Source: Callorhinchus milii
Lineage: Eukaryota
Length of the DNA: 64,000 nucleotides
Direction of reading: 5' to 3'
Assembly (NCBI RefSeq): GCF_018977255.1
Contig: NW_024704742.1
Coordinates: 77,998,001-78,062,000 of the forward strand
Shown: positions 1-12,883 of the stretch, piece by piece
How the letters are laid out: every line of letters starts with the position of its first letter
Numbering within the stretch: the stretch's first letter is position 1
The notes under the pieces: model-generated
What the model was told of the DNA's origin: nothing
Databases searched by the model: none
The model's input: the letters and a program-made list of their open reading frames with translations, nothing else
Translations under genes and position numbers: made by a program

Positions 1-378
1 TTGGTAGCACTCTCGCTTATGGGTTCAAGATATAAGTCAGGACTTTGAGCTCATATAGTCTAGGCTGATACTCCAATGCAGTGTTAAGGGAATGCTGAAT
101 CATCAGAGGTGTTATCCTTCAAATGAGACTTTAAACCGAGGTCCCATCTGCCTGCTTAGAAAAGACAAGGGAGTTTTTGTTGGTGTTCTGGCCAAAAAAA
201 TCCCTCAAATAAAACTGGTCACTCACTTCATGGTTGTTTGTTGCGAACAAAATGACAGCAAATTGGGATGCCACATTTGTCTACAAAATACATTGTCACA
301 CAACTCTGGGATATCATGCAAATAGCTTTGAGATGTCCTTCCGACATCTAACGCAATATATCAAATTCAAGGATCTTT
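1..378 (+). mobile_element. Old long tRNA-derived SINE with Deu-like core (SacSINE1/DeuSINE-like), head cut by window start
   Basis: Head remnant (ggtagcactctcgc...ggttcaag), body (taggctgatactccaatgcagtg...ttaaaccgaggtccc), core (aactggtcactca...caaattgg..gccacattt) and tail (gctttgagatgtcc...tatatcaaat.caagg). The same order recurs in several other copies in the window. Confidence 0.75.
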
Positions 379-1624
379 CAATTCATTGGGGAAACACTCA
401 GTAATGTACAATATTATCAACAGACAAATTCATTACATTTCATTAGGTATCTACCAGAATGCAGACAGCAAGAAAGAGACTGCAAAGATGATCATGGGGT
501 CATACTTGATATACGTAAATGTAAAATCTGATACTTTTTCAAAGCAATAGATTGTAAAGAGATATCAATCTATACAGACCTGATAAAACATTTAGATTGT
601 TTTGGTCCTATTGCTACAAACTATGGCTCCTCCAATAATGAGTCATTCCCCTAACACCGACCTGGAGTGTCAGCCTAGACCATGAGTTAAAATCCACAAC
701 TCAGACCCTTGATCTCACAACCTAGAGGCAAGAATTGAGTCAAGCAAACAACTGATATGCATCTGCTTGATGCTCACCAGGAGGATTTAACAAAATACCT
801 TTTACAATAAATACCCGGGAATGGGAAACTTGGCAACATATGTTACCATGCATCTAGAAGAGAAGTGGTCACTGAAGTGACTTCCTGCAGGAATGGAAAC
901 CCGTGATGCTGAGGAAGGAAAAGAGGAGAGAATAAAGGATGAAGAGTGGATAAAAATAGCTATTATATCTCATACCAGTGAAGCATTTTTGAAGTTGACT
1001 GATGGGGCAGTCAAAGGATAATACTCTTATTTGCCCACTCATCTCAAGGCAGGGAAATGCTAATGACACACTAACTTCAGTTCATGGGCTTTTCTTGCTC
1101 TTTCTACTACAAAGGTAGAAGAACCTATGAGAAGGAAACTAGTGCACATTACCCTTTAAAATCCTTAATATATGATATGTTAAACCCTTGTGTGCTGAAA
1201 ATCTATAATGGAAGGCCCTAAAAGTAAAGATTACCATCCCCGGGTAAACTCCTATCAACAGGTCACAATTTACATATTTTTGAAACCTCATACATTTGAC
1301 TCAAAATTTTGTTTTCAGTTATATTCTCAAGTACTTTCTTCCCTGTGCTGAGACTTCCTGTGGAACATACCCACCCCCCACTGTTATGCCTGTGAACATC
1401 TTTCAGTTGACGTAAACAGGTGACCAGACACTGACACAAATGCTCTTCTAATTCTCTCCTCCCACCTCTCTGCCCATTTTCATCCACTCAGAAAAGAGCA
1501 CTTCTCATACTCTTCAGATTGAAACTTATGTGGAACTCAGTGCATGGTTGAGAAATCTCTTAGGAAATGGTGTCTCTGCACCACGGCAGCAAACTTTACA
1601 TTTTCATCAAATTGAGCAACAAAA

Positions 1625-2108
1625 GATAATAATAATCCTTGTATATAGTGATATAGTGTCATACCACATAATTGAACTGTCCCAGAGTCCTTCACAGGAT
1701 ATACTGTAAAGTGGATTGTATTTTGTGGGTAAAACGTGGCAGCCAGTTGCACACAACAATGTCCTACAAGCAGCCGTGGAGTGAGCAACCAATTTTATTT
1801 TGGGGGATTGCTGGCCAGGACACCAGGAGAAATTCCCTTCTCTTTTAGAATTATATCATGAGATCTTTAACATGCCCTGAACTGGCAGATGGGACCTTGG
1901 TTTAACGTTTCATCCGAAGGCGACACTTCTGACAACGCAACACCCACCCAGCACCGCAATGGAGTGTCAGCTTAGACTATGGCGTCTGGCCATTCTGACT
2001 TGGGGCTTAAACCCACAACCTTCTGACTCAGAGACAAGAGTGCTATCACTGCACTCAGACCTTTCTGACAACGCTGAGAGGCGAGTACTACCAACTGAGA
2101 CAGGCTGA
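1625..2108 (-). mobile_element. Long Deu-like SINE, near full length, diverged
   Basis: (ATT)n tail read as aataataatccttg at 1628, Deu-like core, and head ttaaacccacaaccttctgactcagagacaagagtgcta. A second head remnant lies at about 2060-2108. Confidence 0.8.
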
Positions 2109-2652
2109 AATCACATGATCACCATTTTGTGGTGTTCTGCGCTCAAAGTATTGAAACTATCTAATATTTTGAATTGATCAATAATCTTACTAATGCACTT
2201 TGTGAACTGCTTGCTGTAAATAAGCATTGGATAGTAACTGCTTGAACCTCATTGTCAGACCCTTTTGTGCTTTGTTCATAGGAATTCCTCTTAATAAGAA
2301 AACCCCCAGCAAAAGGGGAACTTGAGACAAATTGTTTCAGTACAAAGAGTGTTTTTTGTACTGTGATAAGCATACACATCTAGCACAACTTGCAAAATCA
2401 CACTTGAATAATGAATGTGCATCCTTGATGTGTGCTTTGACATGCATTGTAGTGGCTATGATTTAAATGACAAAATTATTTTACCACACTTTGCCGAAAA
2501 ATGTAGGTGAAGGGTACTGCTGTATACTGTGTGAATGAACATGAACCATATTGCCGTGTAAATATCCTGGATGCTTAAAGCAATAAACTAGTGGTTTGCC
2601 ACCTCCCTAAAATCTAAAAGAACGTGACATCAATTGCACATTGCTACTTCCT

Positions 2653-2962
2653 TATAATAATCCTTGCATTTGATATAGCACTTTTCACGTCTTCTCGACA
2701 TCTCAAAGTGCTTCACAGAATAGATTGTAAAGTGAATTGACTGTATATTTGTGGGCGAAATGTGGCAGCCAATTGCGCACAGCAGTGTCCCACAAACAGT
2801 CGTAGATTGAAAATGACCAATTTATTACTGTTTTGTTTTGGAGGGATTATTATTAGGCGTGTGGAGTAAAGAAACTTGCCCAAGGTTTCGCCCTGCCGGG
2901 AATTGTACCCAGGTGTCTCGCTTGCAAGGCGAGTGCTCTAACCACTGAGCTACAGGACTCCA
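2653..2962 (-). mobile_element. Short young SINE with tRNA-Ala(TGC)-like head, full length
   Basis: Minus strand reads GTCCTGTAGCTCAGTGGTTAGAGCACTCGCCTTGCAAGCGAGACACCTGGGTACAATTCCCGGCAGGGC (A and B boxes, anticodon arm CTCGC-CTTGCAA-GCGAG), then core and L2-like tail. Near-identical copies at 15709 and 20930. Confidence 0.9.
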
Positions 2963-3222
2963 CATCTGGCTCACTAGTGCCAAGTTGGTCAGAGGTAACA
3001 TCGGCTAAGATGTATTACAGGATAAGTTCTTCCCTGTGACTTTTAGCTTATAATGCTGCTCCTTCACAAGCAGTACAACAAGAATGAACCATAAAATGCT
3101 CTGAAGCACAGTAGATGCCATTCTCACCAATGCCATCTAATTTGCTTATCCACTGCCTGATATCAATATGGTTCAACTGTTTCAAAAGGGAAAGCCCCTA
3201 CAAGTAGCAATGCATCAAACGG

Positions 3223-3515
3223 TAATAATAGCAATTGTTCCATTTGATAGCGCCTCATCACATTGTTGAAATGTCTCAAAAGCCTTCACTGGATATTGTA
3301 AAGTGACGTACCTGTGTGTATTTTGTGGGTGAATGAGTCAACCAATTTATCCTACAAACAGCCATGGAATGAGTGACCAGTTTTATTTGGGGGATTGTTG
3401 GCCAAGACATCAGGAGAAAGAAACTGCCTTAGCTTTTCAAATAGTGCCATGGGATCTTTAACATCCACCTGAACAGGCGGATACGGCCTCAGTTTAACGT
3501 CTCATCTGAAAGACA
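3223..3515 (-). mobile_element. Long Deu-like SINE, 5'-truncated
   Basis: Tail and core match the 1625 copy (gtgccatgggatctttaacatccacctgaacaggc). Confidence 0.75.
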
Positions 3516-4423
3516 ATGAATGGTAAGTGGAAAGCTGCAAAAAGCCAATCCTTTTCTTCAACACACAGTAAAGGTCAGCTTAGTATAGAGCGCTGGACAC
3601 TTGGACAAGGGGAGCAGAAAACCTTGAAATCACTACGAAGTACGTTTTATCTTTTAAAATCATTCCCATGTGTATGTTATCCTTGAATCATTCACATGCA
3701 TGTCTTTGCAGCAGAATTCTTTTTCCTGTCCATTCACTTCACAATGTAGAAATAAATGGTTTAAGTATACTTATAATAGATAACAGTAATCCTTGCATTC
3801 GATATAGGGCCTTTTCACGCCATTGTGATGTCGCAAAGCTCCTCAGAGAATATAACGTAAAGTGAATTGTAGGCAAAATTGTGATTGACTTGCATCCAGT
3901 GAACTGAGTGACTCACAGACTTGAAGGAGAGAATTAGGAGTAGATCTCCTGCAATCACTCGGTCCGTCACAATAACCTGGTGCAGGAGAATTGTGAAGTG
4001 ATTTCAGTCACAGTGGGCGTCTGCTTTTTAGAAACACAAATGGGACTCATCCATTTTTGGGAAAGACTATAAAGGGGTAGGGGAATTTTGTTAGATTAGT
4101 GAATTGTGAAAAATTACATGACATCATGATGTGACAGATGACTATTCTGGGTTATGAATTGTCTTGACTCTTATGTTATTTTCCAAATTGCTTTTGTTAG
4201 TGCATAGTTATTGAAGTTGGAATCAGGTAATTAAAAAAGAGAAGATACTTAATTAAAAAAGAGAAGGTACTTGCCCTTGTAACAAGGAGACATACCAGCC
4301 AAAACATTGCTGTTCAACTGTTTTAGCTGATGTCTGAGTCATGGATAAAACTATGAATCGTACTCGATTTAGCAGTGATCCAATATCTCAGATGTAAAAT
4401 GTTTAGTGTTGTTTCTTAGGAAG

Positions 4424-4514
4424 ATAACAATAATCCTTGCATTTGATACAATAATAATCCTTGCATTTGATATAGGGCATTATCACGTCTTCGAGACGTC
4501 TCAAAGTGCTTCAC
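4424..4514 (-). mobile_element. SINE 3' tail (left part of a SINE interrupted by L2), with duplicated tail end
   Basis: aataatccttgcatttgata occurs twice, then tcacgtcttcgagacgtctcaaagtgcttcac. The family sequence resumes at 6788. Confidence 0.8.
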
Positions 4515-6787
4515 CCCAAGGTAAAGCAGCATTCACATCGGGAGGGCATCTCAAGGCGTTGAACAGTCAGGGATTAGGACCCAAGCGAGGGGGCGGTTGG
4601 GATAAGGGATGGTGGAGGGCAGAGAGGGTAGGAGAATGGCCGAACCACAGTTGAAGAGGAGGGTCTTGAGGTATGCCTTGGAGGCAAGGGCGAGAGCGAG
4701 GCAAAGGGAATGTGGGGTGGAGTTCCAGAGTGTGAGGACAGAGAGGCTGATGACCGCCAATGGTGGGGCAGACCGGGTTGTGGACATGGAGCAGGCCGGA
4801 GCCTGCTGAGCGGAGGGATTGGACAAGTTAATAAAGGGTTAGTAGGTCAGAGAGGTAAGTGGGGGCAAGGCCACAGAGGGCCTTGAAGGTTAAACTCGAT
4901 CCTCTAAGGGATGGGGAACCAATGGAGCCGGGCGAGGGTGACGGTCACGGAGCCTGGTGCAGGAGGACACGAGTTGCAGAGTTCTGGATGATCTGCAGCT
5001 CGTGGAAGGAAGAATTGGGGAGGCTGACAAGCAGGGCGTTGGCGTAGTCGAGCCTGGATTTGATGAAGCATGTATGAGGGTTTTGGTGGCCTGAGGCAGT
5101 GGCAGATTCGGGCAAGGTTTCAGAGGTAGGGGAAGGAAGAGCGGGTCATGGCATGGATGTGGGGAGAAAAGACAGTTGAGGATCAAACAAGATGCATAGG
5201 TTCCTGACTGGCTTGGTGAGGTGGAGTGAGCATCCGTGTATGGTGATGCTGCCAGTACCTGAGGTGTGGAGGCGCTGGCGCGAGCCAATCAGGAGAGCCT
5301 TGGTTTTGTTGATGTTCAACTGTAGAAAGTTGGCTCTCATCCACAACTTGATGTCTGATAGACAGTCTGTCGGGACAGCAGTGTTCCTGGAGTAGAGGGT
5401 GGAGGCAGAAAGATAAGACTTGGGTGTCATCCGCATACATTTGGAAGTTGACCCCATGTCTGCAGATGATGTCACCAAGAGGGAGCATGTACAGGTTGAC
5501 GAGGAGGGGACCGAGGACAGAGCTCTGAGGAACACCACACGAGACGGTGCGGAGACTGGAGGAGAAGCCATTTGTGGAGACAAAGTGGAGCTGGTGTGAG
5601 AGATAGAATCTGAACCAGTCAAGGAGAGAACCTTGAAGGTTATGGTGAGACAAGAGGCAGTGGAGGAGGATAGAGTGGTCCACAGCGTCAAAGGCAGCAG
5701 AGGTCAAGGGGGACGAGGAGACAAGCTCTGGTCACAGATGGACAAAATGTCATTTGTCACCTTGACCAAGGCTGTTTCCATGCTGTGGGCAGCACAGAAA
5801 CCCGATTATAGGGCTTCATAAAGGGAGTGGCAGGAGAGGAAGGAGTAAAGCTGGGAAGCAACAACTCTTTCAAGGACCTTGGAAAGAAAAGGGAGGTTGG
5901 AAATGGGGTGGTAGTTAGTGAGTAGGGTTGGGTCCGGGGAAAGTTTTTTTAGGATAAGAGTGATGACAGCTGTTTTTAGGGTGGGTGGGAACAGTGCCAC
6001 TTGATGAGGTCAAAGAGTAAAGGGGCAAGGAGGTGGAGCTGCAAGCTAAGACAGGTAGGGATGGGATAGAGGGAGCAGTTGGTGGGCTTCATGCAGGTTA
6101 TAGTGGTGGTGAGAGAAGAGGGGAAGACAGGTTCGAAGGTGTGGAGGGAGGAATGGGTAGCGGATGGAGTGTGAGGGAGAGTTGGGGATGGGGTGGTGGT
6201 TGGGATGGCGGAGGCAGCTGAATGGATCCCCTCGATTTTGGTCTCAAGGAAATCCAGCATCTCTTTGCAGTTGTAGTTGGGAGGAGAGGATGGGCGAGGC
6301 ATGAGAGGGTGGATGGAAGAGCTAGTTGGTGATGGTGAAGATGAGCCTGGGGTGGTCCTTGGCCTCCAAGATTACCTTGGAATAGAAGGACAATTTAGCG
6401 GAAATGAGGGCATAAATGTTTATGCGGTCCAGCCAAATCTCCCGGTGGACGGTTAAATCAGATTTGAGCCAGGTGCATTCAGTGACCCGTACTTGACCCT
6501 TGAGTGAGCAGAGGCGGTTGGTGTACCAGGGTGAGGTTCGTAAGTAGGAGGTGATTTGAGAGATGAGGGGGGCAAGGGCATCAAGAATGGTGAAGAGGGA
6601 GTTGTGAAGGAGAGTGACCAAGGAGAATAAGTCGGTGCAGGAGGTAGGCCAGAGGGGGAGGAGTTCAGATGACTCCAGGGCAGTTGAGAGGGAATGCGGG
6701 AAGATTCTTTTCCAGGGTCGGTAGGAGATGGAGGTGGGTTAGATGGCAGTGGGGAGAGGGAGATGAATGGTGATCTGAGATGGCTTT
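4515..6787 (-). mobile_element. L2-clade LINE, 5'-truncated, frameshifted ORF2 (reverse transcriptase) relic
   Basis: Minus-strand fragments give LKTAVITLILKK..YHPISNLPFLSKVLERVVASQL, AAFDAVDH, GVPQSSVLGPLL, MYADDTQ and WMRANFLQLNINKTKALLIG. Multiple frameshifts; L2-type 3' end. Confidence 0.93.
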
Positions 6788-6878
6788 AATATACTGTAAA
6801 GTGAATTGACTGTATATTTTGTGGGCGACACGCAGCAGCCAATTGCGCACAGCAGTGTCCCACAAACGGTCGTGGATA
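6788..6878 (-). mobile_element. SINE core (right part of the SINE interrupted by L2)
   Basis: aatatactgtaaagtgaattgactg...cacaaacggtcgtggat continues the family sequence from 4514. Confidence 0.8.
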
Positions 6879-7915
6879 AAAGTTAAAACTTAAAAGTTCA
6901 TAATGTGCATACAAAAAAGGGGTAGAAAACATATGTGATCAATAATCTTTAGTCAAAGTGATGTGTTTTGATTCCACTGCAAAATCTAAATTCTAATTTT
7001 CTGTGCTTTTTTTGTGAGACGCTCTTGCCTCCTTGGCTTTCATACTATATACTATACATCATGGGTATGCAACTCAGCCTTTTTTGTAATAAGGGAGTGG
7101 TTGTGTTGGCCTGAAGACAAATGCACTTATATTCGGGATGTCTGTGGCTGCTCAAAACAGCAATGAGAGAACATCTGAACAAAGAATGATGAAGTGCCTT
7201 AAAGTATTTAAGTGTAGTGTTTTTTTATGCCTTGGTTCTGGCCAACCTGTGACTAATATTCTATGGAACCACCGAATGCATCCTGTGAACAGGGTGACTC
7301 CCTCTGGGAAGAGAGTGCCTATTCCACTCCAGACACAGGAATTTTCATGTGTAGGTGGGATGCATAGAACTCTGGTTGATTTGGATACTCTTAAGCAAGG
7401 CGAAGGCATGTGTCAGACACCTGGCTGACCAAAATAAAATCCCCTCGTACTGCACCAATGTGTCGAGTTGGTGGGTACAAGTTTTGATTTCGGGCTTGTA
7501 CACACACAATTCTGGCCCAGATTCGAGAGTCTGAACTAGGCTGTAGCCCTGAAATTGGATTTGATCTGCTTTTTAAAAAAATTCATAACTCATCTAGTTA
7601 CAGTCCAATATCATGACTGCGTTGAGTCATCAGGTATCTTTAGATCCTATGGCCATTTTAGAAGTTGACACAAGTCTATTTTGTTTCAATCGGTTGATTA
7701 TTCTTGTAACTTTTTCCCCAAGGATGGGATTTCAGGCTCTCCCTCTCACGAGATTTTGCCTTTTCCTGCTCTTCCCCCTCGGCTCCCACCCCCAGCTCGG
7801 GTGGTCAGCCAACAGTGTTGAGCACTTTGAGACATCCTTTTGACCAGGCCACTCCCTTTGTACAGCAAATACCGTCTTGCCTCGTATGAAAAAGGCACTT
7901 GTAAATGTTATGTTG

Positions 7916-8016
7916 TATTTCTGGAAGGGAAACACAAAATTATTGCTTATGTGACCCACGGACATTTCTGAAATCCAGCATCCGGCCCTCAGCAACCAAA
8001 AGATTGGACCCCCCTC
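7916..8016 (+). mobile_element. Right end of a hAT/Charlie-like non-autonomous DNA transposon
   Basis: tttctggaagggaaac...cggccctc..ccaaaagattggacccccct is homologous to 37236-37334 and resembles Charlie/MER30-type termini. Confidence 0.55.
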
Positions 8017-8139
8017 AGCAGACCATTAGGTCTGCCCATGTTTACAATGTCTGTACAAGGCCACTTCTACAGAAAATGAAATGACTGGGGTTTTCAAGAT
8101 TTTGTTGGCCAATCTGCACAACACCCCGACACCACAGGG

Positions 8140-8460
8140 AGGGCAGGGGATGCTGAATGCTTGGAGGTGCTGTCCTTCGGATGAGATGTTAAAGTGAGGT
8201 CATGTCTGCCCGTTCAGGTGGGCATTAAAGATCCCATGGGATTACTTCAGAAAGTGAAGGGAGTTTATCAGAGTGTCCTGGCCAACAATCCCTCCAGATT
8301 TAAAAAAAATGTGCATTTCACTTCATGGCTATTTGTGAAGCACTGCATAAATTGGCTGCAGAATTTGCCAACAAAACACATAGACGCTAAACATTACAGT
8401 AAAACCCGTGAATGCTTTGAGACATCCACCCTAGGTGAAAGATGTTATATCAAACGTAAA
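8140..8460 (+). mobile_element. Long Deu-like SINE, 5'-truncated
   Basis: ggaggtgctgtccttcggatgagatgttaaa...ttaaagatcccatgg...gtgtcctggccaacaatcc...gctttgagacatcc. Confidence 0.75.
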
Positions 8461-9230
8461 GACAGGAAAAGTCAAAAGCAGCCTTCATTGCACCACCGAA
8501 AACTATCTAAGTCCGTGAGTTTGACTGACAGCAACAACGCTACAAAACCAGTAATGTAACTTTTAAACATTCAAAGTTAAGACATGTAGTGGAGATTTTT
8601 TTNATGAATGAGCTTCAAAAATATGTTTTTGAATTCATTTCCGATACTTGAGAGGTTGGGGGCGAGGGGGAAAGTTACAAGCTGTCAGAGCACGTGAATC
8701 AATGTTTTACAGCACCTTATTTAACAAATGTTCTCATGGTGTAGTTCAAAATGGAAAATACAGTTAGACATTGGGGGTTTTACCCTTCAGCTTCAATGTA
8801 GGAGGATTCTTTTCCCCTCCTACCCCAGGAAATCCGCTCAGATATTCATTTGAACAAAATGTGGTCAAGTGTGAAGAAGCAACAGGAAACCACACTTCAA
8901 ATGTTAAGGTTAATGCAACACGAGACAACGTACACTATCTTCTATTCTGAATAAAACGTGGATCAGCCAAGCTTGTGTTCCAAGAATGAGAGCTATTAAT
9001 GATGCTCAGTCAACTTTGCGTAACAAAAATACCCTGCACACTCCAAAAATTATTATAAGCAAAATAAAGTTGGAAGTTGCACTGATTAAAAAAATCTAAA
9101 GGAGGTAAATTGAACTGATTCAATCTTCAAGTGAACAGTGAAACACAATTTTGTGATCACGTGTATAATGAGATTTTGGTTTGTAAGGAAACTATCCTGA
9201 ATTCTGATGACACAAAAATAGCTGAGACAC

Positions 9231-9545
9231 AATAATATAATAATACGTGTATTTGATATAGCCCCTCATCAAGTCTTCGAGGCATCTTATAACGCTTCAC
9301 AGAATATAGTGTAAAATGAATTGACCATATATTTTGTGGGCGAAAGGTGGCAGATAATTGCACAGCAGTGTCCCATAAACAGTCATGCATTGAGTGACTC
9401 CATTTTTTTTAAAAAAGGGATTATTACCCTGGAAAAGCGATCCGCCAATCAACTAACAACCGGGTTCCTACGTATTGCTAGGTAAGCAAAGGCGTGTGGA
9501 GCAAGGAAACATGTCTCAGGTTTCACCCTATCAGGATGAATCTCA
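9231..9545 (-). mobile_element. SINE, intermediate-length subfamily
   Basis: (ATT)n tail and core plus the extra segment ggaaaagcgatccgccaatcaactaacaaccgggttcctac, shared with the 11450 and 33105 copies. Confidence 0.8.
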
Positions 9546-11134
9546 GTTGTTGGAAATTCCTACTGAAACCTCAGGTATCAATCAGATCATCAATGTTGAA
9601 ATGTGTAAACAAACCACAAAGTGGTAATCCCTGTAGTTTCTTATATTCAAATAAGAAAAAAATATTTTGACTCATTGAACATTTTCCCCAAAGTTTTACC
9701 TGCTTCAATAACTGTACCCACAAGATTCAGATTGTCTAAGCTTTAACAGGTCCCATATGTTCTGAAATGGTTTACACTGCACAAGGAACTCTCTAGTTAA
9801 TAATAATTTCACATGGAGATGATGTCGCAAAGAATTTACAGTCAAATCTAATGACTATTTTGTAAGCAATTGATGGTGCAAAGTGCCCTTTCATGCTGTT
9901 GAAGAAAATTGTTTTAGGGCATTGGGCTATATAGGCACAGGATTTTGTTATAGGTACACATAAACTTACAAAGTGAAATACTGTCACAATTTAATATTTG
10001 AAGTTAACATCCACACAAATATGTAAGAGTCAAGTCCTCAATATTGATAAAAATAGGAGGAAGGAATCCAGTCTAAATCATTTTGCAATGGATTCTGGCT
10101 GAAATGAATTGGATGAATCCGGATAAAACCAACAAAATCCTTGAACACGTAGACTGTGTGTTAGTTAAGAAAATTATCAGAAAACAACTGCCATGATATT
10201 GTGTCGACAATATGTTTGTAATCAAGAGGTTGCACAACACAATTTTGCACATGCATGTGATCAACACAACAGGCATCTGGATTATTGTAGAATTTCGGCA
10301 GTGACAAACTCAGACCACGAGGCAAGAATAAAGAAAATGTGAAATGGTAATGAAAGAGATTAGAATACGATTTAGGATGCAGGAGGGGAGCAAAGAATGG
10401 TGGAGAGGGGGGGGGGGGTAGAAGGACTCCTAAATGACCCTAGGTGACTCTGAAATGTCCGTTGTCTTCCCCCCCACCACCCCCACCCTTTTCAGAGGCA
10501 GTTGTGTTTGGAATATCCTGCAACACAAAGTGTGAGAGCCTACACGAGCCAAATGCTCCAATTGACACTGCAGGATATCCGTACAGCCCCCACCCCTACG
10601 CCCCCATTCACCGACACTGGTATAGAGCAGGGGTTTCCCCAGTGGTGTTCTTTACAAGATAGAAAGTACTTGAAAGGTTTATCTTGCAGAATACAAAAAA
10701 TCTGCATTAAGCATTGCCCTTTCTGTAGAATGATGCCTTGGAGTGTTTTACAATGGCAGGGCAATCCAATTTATTAATCACTAAAGGATTTTAAAACTTC
10801 ATTCAATGCGAGTCACTTTCAAAAAATCATTAGTTTGGGATCTTATTGTTGGACAAACTTCAAGTTCCTTGAACAATGTCACATTCATGCCGTAATATTG
10901 CTGATCAAGAAAATTCTGCCCTTGCACAGCATGTTACAAGACATTTTGTAGAGCAATAGAATTTGAAACATGGGAACAAGCAGAAATATTACAGTTCAAC
11001 AACAGATGGACAGTGATATGGATATATAGATACGGAAGGGATAAACAAGAAATCTCATACAGAAGGGTGTTCAAAAAAAATCAGGTTTCATCAACAAAAA
11101 TACCATGTAATTTATTGATGGGGATTTTTACTTT

Positions 11135-11445
11135 GCCACAGCAGTGTCCCAGAAACAGCCATGAAACAAATGTACAATTGTAGTTTGGAGCATTCTTACC
11201 GAAGACACTGGCATAAACTACCTTCTCTTTTCAGTAGTGCCATGGGATTTTTAATGTTCAGCTGAACAGGTAGACAGGACCTTGATTTAATGTCTCATCT
11301 TAAGGACAGCTACTCCACCAATGCAACAAACCCCCAGCAACTCCATTGGAGTGTCTGCTACGACTATGCGAGTTCATGTCCCGATGTGAGCTTGAACCCA
11401 CAAGCTTTTCACTCAAAAGCGAGAGTGCTATCAACTGAGCCACGT
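11135..11445 (-). mobile_element. Long Deu-like SINE lacking 3' tail
   Basis: gtagtgccatgggatttttaatg...cttgaacccacaagc...gcgagagtgctatcaactgagcca (tRNA-like head). Confidence 0.75.
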
Positions 11446-11449
11446 ACAA

Positions 11450-11789
11450 GGTATTCAGTGTGCACAAGGACCGCGGTTCGATTCCCGAGTGAGGCAAAAC
11501 CTTAAGCAAGTTTCCTTACTCCACATGGTTGGTGTACCCATCAATAATAGGTTATTAGTCAGGTTATTTGTCGATTGGCAGATCACTTTCCAGGGGTAAT
11601 AATCCCTCAAAAAAAAATTGGTCACTCAATTCACGACCGTTTGTGGGACGTTGTTGTATGCAATTGGCTGCAGCATTTCACCCACAAAATACAGTCAATT
11701 TACTGTACAGTATATTCTGTGAAGCACTTTGAGACATCTCAACGACGTGATAAAGCGCTAAATAAAATGCAAGAATTATTATTATTATG
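11450..11789 (+). mobile_element. SINE, intermediate-length subfamily
   Basis: B box ggttcgattccc, gcaagtttccttactcca, core, and tail aaatgcaagaattattattatt. Confidence 0.8.
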
Positions 11790-11904
11790 AGCTGCACCCC
11801 AATGCAGCGCTGGTACAAAGTCTCAAGTCATGATGTGGGGCTTGAACCCACAACCTTCTAACTCAGAAGTGAGAGTACCACCAACATTGTCAACCAGGTT
11901 GACA

Positions 11905-12442
11905 ATTCCTCCAATTATGCCTCCGTCACTACCCGGTTGGAGTATTCCGATGTCCTCCTCACTGGTCTCCCCAGCTCCACAATACACAAAATGCAACAAA
12001 TTCACAAGTCCGGTGCACAGATACTCACCCGCACAAAACTCCGTACCCCATCACACCAGTCCTTGCCGAGCTGCACTGGCTCCCGATTACCAAACTGATT
12101 GATTTCAAGATCCTCTCACTCGTTTACAAATCCCTTCGTGCTCTTGCACCTCCCTAGCTATCTGCTCGGCTGGCTCTGGCCCCCCTTTTGTCCCTCTTCC
12201 AATCCTCTTCACCATCGGTGGCCATTATGCCCCGAAAATCTGGAACTTTCTCCCTCAATCCCTCTACCTTGCCCCCTCCCTCCCCACCTTCAAATCCTGC
12301 CTAAAAACATTTCTTTTTGATCGTGTTTAGTCACCTCCCCCCTCTCTCTCCCCCTGGCTTGGTGTCAGACTGTGCTGCTGTCAAGCTTTCCGGGATGCTA
12401 CCCTGCGTGAAGGGCGCTATATAAATGCAAGTTGCTGTTGTA
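11905..12442 (+). mobile_element. Older L2 3' fragment
   Basis: Encodes remnants of ITP.LAELHWLPI...FKIL; ends gtgaagggcgctatataaatgcaagttgctgttg. Confidence 0.75.
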
Positions 12443-12883
12443 TTACTGTAACATTTATATTCTGCATGGAAGAATAGAACTAGAATACCTGTACACGGTC
12501 AGATTTGTGCCAGAGTAAAGACTTCACACAGCAGGAAGCAATGGCAGTATAAACTCTGCCCTCCCCCTCTCCTCCTTACCAAGAGCATAAGCACAATGCC
12601 CCACATAAGAGCATGAAATTTATGCCAATATAAATTATGTGCCCAGGTAAGTATCACAATGAGTTTCTGTAATTCTTCACATCACCAGCCAACGAATAGC
12701 ACTGGTGTAACGGTTGAAATGGTTGCAGTGGTGACCACTTTACACAATTTACTCAGCACTCCTACCAGTCATTCCAGATACCAATATAAAAGCTGCAATA
12801 ACAAAAGTGAACTATAATACCGGACAATTTGTCATCTCATTAGAAATTGCAAATGGAATCAATTAAGAACGAAGCAGATTATC

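Noticed and set aside
893..1021. Plus-strand mini-ORF METRDAEEGKEERIKDEEW... after cttcctgcag
   Set aside because: 42 codons of purine-rich low-complexity sequence with no donor and no recognisable homology.
2890..2962. tRNA-Ala(TGC) gene (also about 15935-16009, 21170-21243, 45217-45290)
   Set aside because: Each runs directly into a SINE body and LINE-like tail, and copies differ at conserved tRNA positions. They are SINE heads.
4228..4272. 22-bp tandem duplication taattaaaaaagagaag.tact (also a 15-bp one at about 17909-17937)
   Set aside because: Ordinary local slippage duplications with no further structure.
4515..6787. Active reverse transcriptase or retron-like system
   Set aside because: RT motifs are spread across frames with stops, and no intact endonuclease or ORF1 is present.
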